From an uncultured virus (IMG/VR IMGVR_UViG_3300025313_000005) (Duplodnaviria > Heunggongvirae > Uroviricota > Caudoviricetes), in the IMG/VR virus record IMGVR_UViG_3300025313_000005: a stretch of 20,000 nucleotides of DNA, one strand, 5' to 3'. The position numbers were made by a program, and so were the translations under genes. Positions 15,509 to 20,000 of this stretch are shown piece after piece (the first letter of the stretch is position 1; every line of letters starts with the position of its first letter). Below the pieces are notes generated by a model. The model was not told the origin of the DNA and made no database searches. It saw nothing but the letters and a program-made list of their open reading frames with translations.

Positions 15509-15686
15509 GGTAAGGCGTACAAATAGAATTTGTTGGAATATGGTTTTCTGTGTTAATAATACTTATATTATTTATTTTAATTTTTTTAAAACGATTAAAA
15601 TCTTGCATGAACAATACGGACACTTCAAGTTCACTATTACTCCAGCAGTAAACAGTTTTTTTATGATTCATAGTATACCAATTCAA
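15426..15686 (-). CDS. Hypothetical protein with near-C-terminal tag CTPYHVVFALLGL
   Basis: ORF; shared tag followed by a 17-aa tail. Confidence 0.55.
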   Translation of the reverse strand: MNWYTMNHKKTVYCWSNSELEVSVLFMQDFNRFKKIKINNISIINTENHIPTNSICTPYHVVFALLGLYKQAEDAYRSNGPYFNNV

Positions 15687-15700
15687 AGAGAGCTGTTGGT

Positions 15701-15955
15701 TTATTTTGGTCCATTAGAATCCACTTGTTTGATAAAAGATTTAGCTACAGCAGTAATAATCACACCTATTATACAACAAGCAACTACTATCATGACTAGA
15801 GGGAGAGATATAAAACATAAGGTAGCTATAGCAAGAAATAGTATACCGTAGCCTACTACTTGAGCGGCTTGTGTGTGATAAAGAGCTGCTGCTACTACTC
15901 CTAATATAATTAATATTAGTAACATTGTAAACATATCATTCCTCCTTGATGTCAC
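15701..15955 (-). CDS. Small membrane protein (probable start MFTML)
   Basis: Highly hydrophobic; AAGGAGG RBS before the internal ATG. Confidence 0.7.
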   Translation of the reverse strand: MTSRRNDMFTMLLILIILGVVAAALYHTQAAQVVGYGILFLAIATLCFISLPLVMIVVACCIIGVIITAVAKSFIKQVDSNGPK

Positions 15956-16451
15956 CTATAAGTTTGCTTAAAATTTTATTTACTTTACTTTCTCCAATGC
16001 TATTAATTTGTTGCTCAAGACAATTTAACAAACCAGACTTATTATCTGGATCTCTCCATAGTACTATTCTAGCATAAATGCTCCTATTGGTGCATAGAAC
16101 TATAAATAATGGATAATTATTCTCGCCGATAAAAACCATTAACTGAATTGCTTCTTTTATAGGAAGTATTTCACCAATTAAAATCTTAAGTAAGTCTATG
16201 TCATCTAATGTAAGTTTTTCATTATTAATAACACGACGCAAGTTTTCTAACTTATTATATAATACAGTAGTCTTAGTTTTTGCTAACTCAGTTCCTTCAT
16301 CCTGAAAAGGTATGCGATATGCCTTTGGCTTGTTATTAAGAATATTGATAATTAATCCAGAGTATTTACTATAACAATCATCCAAGTTTATTACTACATT
16401 AACTATTTCTTTAACTAACTGCTCAAGTTTTGTCTTGGTTAGTGTTGCCAT
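15936..16451 (-). CDS. Hypothetical protein
   Basis: AGGAGA RBS, 171 aa. Confidence 0.75.
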   Translation of the reverse strand: MATLTKTKLEQLVKEIVNVVINLDDCYSKYSGLIINILNNKPKAYRIPFQDEGTELAKTKTTVLYNKLENLRRVINNEKLTLDDIDLLKILIGEILPIKEAIQLMVFIGENNYPLFIVLCTNRSIYARIVLWRDPDNKSGLLNCLEQQINSIGESKVNKILSKLIGDIKEE

Positions 16452-16506
16452 TAAAATCTCCTACCTTTCTAAGTTAATGTCTTTATTGGTAGATCTTATT
16501 GATTAG

Positions 16507-16809
16507 TTAACTAACTGATGGAGCGTAATTTATAATTGCTTCTAAAATTTGTTTATTTATGTCATCCTTACCTTCTAGTCCCTGCTTCTCTGTTATACCA
16601 AGGAAATGCATGAATTCCTCCTCGGTTAAATCACTATAGGCGTTACGCAATTGCCTTGCTTTTAAGATTTGCCGCTGTATAGTTCTGTTATATACTATCT
16701 GATTAAATATAATTTTATCTCTCTTATACGAGTCGCGAAGGGCATCTTCTATATGTGCAAGATCTAAAGATAATAACATATCTATCTCTTGTTTAATAAC
16801 TTTATTCAT
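16507..16809 (-). CDS. Hypothetical protein
   Basis: 100 aa ORF with GCGGTG RBS-like site. Confidence 0.7.
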   Translation of the reverse strand: MNKVIKQEIDMLLSLDLAHIEDALRDSYKRDKIIFNQIVYNRTIQRQILKARQLRNAYSDLTEEEFMHFLGITEKQGLEGKDDINKQILEAIINYAPSVS

Positions 16810-16835
16810 TGTTTACACCGCTTTCTTTTAATTTT

Positions 16836-18305
16836 TTATATTGCATAGCTATTAAGCCTTGCTCTGATATCAGCAAAAGTATGCTCGACTAGTAATTTAC
16901 CATCGCGGTGAACTTCTATTAGTTGATCGTTGAATATGTGATTTTCTGGTAGTTTATCAATGTATATAAGCTGATTGTCTTCACCAATAGATACTACTGC
17001 TACTCTACCTCTTTGAGATTTCTTCATACCACTATCTGTCTTAGGATCTTTAAAGATTTGTTTTTCTTCACCATCAATAACACATAGAGTTGACTTCAAA
17101 GCAAAACCAAAAGTATCACGAGTATTATATTGATAGGTATACGACCCGATACCAAAGACAGCATTAATAGAAGCAAACCCTTTAGCTGCTAGACGAGTAA
17201 CTATTTCTTCAGCACGATGCATAGTGATAGCATCACCATATATTAATCCTATATGAGAATCAAGTAATTTATATCCCTTCTCTGTAATAGTCCCACCAAA
17301 TATATCCCATAAAGCCTCTATAGCACCTTTCTTGATTAGTTCCGTTTCTCCATTAGGATCGCCGCACACTATCAATACTGGATCGCCACTGTCGGGACGT
17401 ATCACCACCCTTCCATTTCGTGTCAGGATATCATCCTTAAGTATAGGAACTACTCTACCCACTACATCCCAAAAATCATATCCGTCTGATACTATAGATA
17501 CAAATCCTGATGGGTGTACTCGATTTATTATATTGCGTAGATATTCTTCATCATTGCCATATGCACATTGTATACTATGTTCTGTAGCTGGTATAGAAGT
17601 GCCTACTAATTCTGTCTCTACGTTAGCACTATAGTATATTTCTGCGCCCTGTATAGCTGGTATTGTATCTGTCCCTACAAATGATAGCAGGTGCCCCATA
17701 CCACTAGATATAGCTGAATCTAATGATGACATGCCACGCATAGAGAAATCATGTCCTTGAAATTGAACGAAGTCTATGTTACCTACGGTATCCATTGCTG
17801 CTTTATCAAGTATGCGTCTGTATTCATGTGCTATGGTGGCTGAAGTAGACGCCTGCCATAGCTCACATGAAGCCAATGTTTCTATATAATTTGTTAACCA
17901 AAAGAATTTAGGATGTGTGTTTTGTATTGTAAGCATAGGTACATGAATGGGTACTAACGTACCCTCAGGTAGAGCCTTAATTGACAGTGGTAAATAACCC
18001 AGATCATGTAGGTCCTCTATGTGCTGTGTTTCTGGGTTAGTAACTCCTAGAGTAGATCTAACTATACGAACATATTCTTTTACAACTTCTTCTTTGGGCC
18101 TATCAAAAAAATGTTCTTTAAAAAAGGTAATTAGATACTTCTTAATAAAAGCCTGTAGTCCAAAGACAACCACACTATCAATACCTTGTATTCTACTAAC
18201 TCGCGGAGTCCACGTAGAGTATACCATCTCCGTACCTACAGGGTACATTGCTCTGTGTGATAGCTTATAGAAATCACATAGTAACATAGCCGATAGGCTA
18301 TGCAT
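16836..18305 (-). CDS. nadV: Nicotinamide phosphoribosyltransferase family protein (NAMPT/NadV-like; probable Namat of NARP1)
   Basis: CDFYKLSH, HDFSMRG, SIPATEHS, SIVSDGYD, VIRPDSGDP, IYGDAIT, RDTFGFALK, KDPKTDSGMKKSQRG motifs. Confidence 0.95.
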   Translation of the reverse strand: MHSLSAMLLCDFYKLSHRAMYPVGTEMVYSTWTPRVSRIQGIDSVVVFGLQAFIKKYLITFFKEHFFDRPKEEVVKEYVRIVRSTLGVTNPETQHIEDLHDLGYLPLSIKALPEGTLVPIHVPMLTIQNTHPKFFWLTNYIETLASCELWQASTSATIAHEYRRILDKAAMDTVGNIDFVQFQGHDFSMRGMSSLDSAISSGMGHLLSFVGTDTIPAIQGAEIYYSANVETELVGTSIPATEHSIQCAYGNDEEYLRNIINRVHPSGFVSIVSDGYDFWDVVGRVVPILKDDILTRNGRVVIRPDSGDPVLIVCGDPNGETELIKKGAIEALWDIFGGTITEKGYKLLDSHIGLIYGDAITMHRAEEIVTRLAAKGFASINAVFGIGSYTYQYNTRDTFGFALKSTLCVIDGEEKQIFKDPKTDSGMKKSQRGRVAVVSIGEDNQLIYIDKLPENHIFNDQLIEVHRDGKLLVEHTFADIRARLNSYAI

Positions 18306-19095
18306 GATAAGCCAACCTCCTGTATGTTATTTCTCCCTTCAATTCACTCACCTCCCCATTTTGAGTAAAGATGTAGTTAATACCCGATTCGTAGAGGGTT
18401 TTTAAACCTTTCGAAAATATACCATGAGTAACAAATAAGTTAACTTCATTGGCTCCCTTCTCTAATAATTCTTTAGCTAACAACTTAAATGTCATACCCC
18501 CATCACATATGTCATCCACAATTAATACATTTTTATTAGATGGATCACCTATTAAAATATAATTAAATATATTGCCTGTTAATTGATTTCTCTTTTTCTC
18601 TCCATATATAAATGGACAATCCACTATATATTCCTTAGCATATTTACTGCGTGCTCCTGCATCTGGAAAACAAATCATATTGGTTCCTATTTCAGCAATA
18701 ATAACATCAAGTTCCGCATAGGGATATATAGCCTGTGAGTTGTTAATAAGTTGTAATGCAGCTTCACTGTGCGGGTCATGTATTATAACTTCTTTTAGAT
18801 CTAATGTGTTAAGTAACTTAGCAAAAACATGTAGAGCAAATGTAGTTTTGTTGGATATCTCTTTGTCTTGTCTGCCATAGGGCAGGTATTTAATTTCTAG
18901 TGTTGAATTACATCCATAATGTTTAAGTAACATAACAAGTTGAGCTAGTTGTATAAACTCTCCTTCATGAGAAAAGTCCCATCTAATCTTATTAGATGGT
19001 GATGGTTCTAATAAATTCGGATCAAGCTTCCATACTTGAGATGTTCCGTCAGGAAATATAGTTGGAACAATAGGCACATTATTTAAGAATATCAT
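18298..19095 (-). CDS. prs: Ribose-phosphate pyrophosphokinase-like protein (probable ADPR-PP synthase, Adps of NARP1)
   Basis: FPDGT, YLPYGRQDK, DPHS, FPDAGA, VLIVDDICDGGMTF, FVTHGIFSKG; overlaps the NAMPT-like start. Confidence 0.92.
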   Translation of the reverse strand: MIFLNNVPIVPTIFPDGTSQVWKLDPNLLEPSPSNKIRWDFSHEGEFIQLAQLVMLLKHYGCNSTLEIKYLPYGRQDKEISNKTTFALHVFAKLLNTLDLKEVIIHDPHSEAALQLINNSQAIYPYAELDVIIAEIGTNMICFPDAGARSKYAKEYIVDCPFIYGEKKRNQLTGNIFNYILIGDPSNKNVLIVDDICDGGMTFKLLAKELLEKGANEVNLFVTHGIFSKGLKTLYESGINYIFTQNGEVSELKGEITYRRLAYHA

Positions 19096-19112
19096 ATGTC
19101 ACCTCTTATATT

Positions 19113-19403
19113 TTATATCATAGGATTGTCTTTGTGTTTCTCTAGCTCACTTAATGCCTTTCTAGCTAGTCTATCCATGGTCCCCAAAAGATCGTCTATT
19201 AATTCTAAGGACACCTTAGGTCCTAAAAAAGGAACGCTTCTTTGTACACCAAGTAAAAAAGAACATAACTTTTCAACTATTTCCTGGTTAACCTTTAATA
19301 AAGCATGTTTTATTTCTGGTGGTGCATTATTAAATGTATTGCTGAAGTCTTTAGGTAAATGCCATATTAAATTACCAGCACTACTTTCAAATCTTACTTC
19401 CAT
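19113..19403 (-). CDS. Hypothetical protein
   Basis: AGGAGGT RBS. Confidence 0.7.
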   Translation of the reverse strand: MEVRFESSAGNLIWHLPKDFSNTFNNAPPEIKHALLKVNQEIVEKLCSFLLGVQRSVPFLGPKVSLELIDDLLGTMDRLARKALSELEKHKDNPMI

Positions 19404-19432
19404 CTATATACCTCCTATAGATCTTTGCATTA

Positions 19433-19855
19433 CTAAGTTAGGGGTTCAAACTTCTTTTTTAACTTAAGATACCTTTCGTATTCAGTTGCTTGAGTTTTTA
19501 TAGTTCGTTTGGCTTTTTCTTCATTAATTGATCCAAATATTTCTTCTCTATTTTGTTTTTGAACTTCTCGCCATTCTTTTTCATGTATTTTTAATAGTTC
19601 GGGATAACAATAGCTTATCATAGTACAATAATGATTTTGAAATTTTAGTATGCTTGTACAGTCATCATCATAATTATATTTGTGTTCAGGTTCAACTACT
19701 GTATATGTATTGTCATCAAATATTATAAATAAATAGCTATCGCTATACTCACATCTCTTAATAGTCTTACCTTCTACATTATCTATAGTACAGAACATAG
19801 GAAGGTTGTATTTTTCTAAAAATTGTTTAATAAACTCTACTTCTGTTATTATCAT
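19433..19855 (-). CDS. Hypothetical phage protein
   Basis: ATGA overlap with upstream gene, GGAG RBS; ends EYERYLKLKKKFE. Confidence 0.75.
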   Translation of the reverse strand: MIITEVEFIKQFLEKYNLPMFCTIDNVEGKTIKRCEYSDSYLFIIFDDNTYTVVEPEHKYNYDDDCTSILKFQNHYCTMISYCYPELLKIHEKEWREVQKQNREEIFGSINEEKAKRTIKTQATEYERYLKLKKKFEPLT

Positions 19856-20000
19856 TTCTTATTCTCCATAGTCTTGTTTAAGTATGAGGCAATTACATCT
19901 CCATGGCAAGCATGGGGTTTACAAAAACAAACTAATGTTTTGCCACGGAGAGCTTCTACCTCAATTTGAAAATCTTTATACTTTATTTGCTCAGTAAAGT
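19852..20000 (-). CDS. 3' end of a DUF4326-like protein
   Basis: Manual translation ...EALRGKTLVCFCKPHACHGDVIASYLNKTMENKK* matches the LxGKxLxCxCxPxxCHxD signature. Confidence 0.85.
   Translation of the reverse strand, partial: FTEQIKYKDFQIEVEALRGKTLVCFCKPHACHGDVIASYLNKTMENKK

Noticed and set aside
1079..19467. Plus-strand ORFs in the track other than 5440-5670 (e.g. 3476-3820, 4258-4605, 9500-9772, 15507-15851, 17332-17634, 19096-19467)
   Set aside because: Antisense shadows of well-supported minus-strand genes, with no RBS or recognisable motifs
108..20000. Genome-wide stop-codon reassignment (TAG or TGA recoding)
   Set aside because: Long conserved genes (NAMPT-like, AAA+, vWA, E1) are uninterrupted in the standard code, and the post-stop tags follow mostly TAA

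Overview
AT-rich (roughly one-third GC by eye), densely packed window that reads like the accessory/early region of a large tailed phage. Nearly all genes are on the minus strand with strong AGGAGG-type RBSs, and no host housekeeping, rRNA or tRNA genes are seen. Recognisable modules in transcription order (right to left): a partial DUF4326-like gene; a PRPP-synthetase-like + NAMPT-like pair (NARP1-type NAD+ rebuilding pathway); about 10 kb of small unknown ORFs with a SAM-dependent methyltransferase; a MoxR-like AAA+ ATPase plus HExxH/vWA partner; a Rad52/Sak-like annealing protein; and a compact ubiquitin-like operon (Zn ribbon, Ubl ending KPG-R, E2-like, ThiF/E1, JAB peptidase). Two patterns are not explained by these annotations. 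(1) A shared ~13-aa C-terminal tag, (A/S/C)-T-(P/L)-x-x-hydrophobic-x-x-x-L-L-(G/N)-I, ends about ten otherwise unrelated small proteins. It also occurs six times as a start-less copy just behind a gene's stop codon, four of them exactly in frame. (2) A ~95-bp structured intergenic element (GCGAAGC triloop hairpin, 12-nt spacer, covarying long stem-loop) is present twice, each time just upstream of an RBS. Family calls come from motif recognition only; no database search was run.
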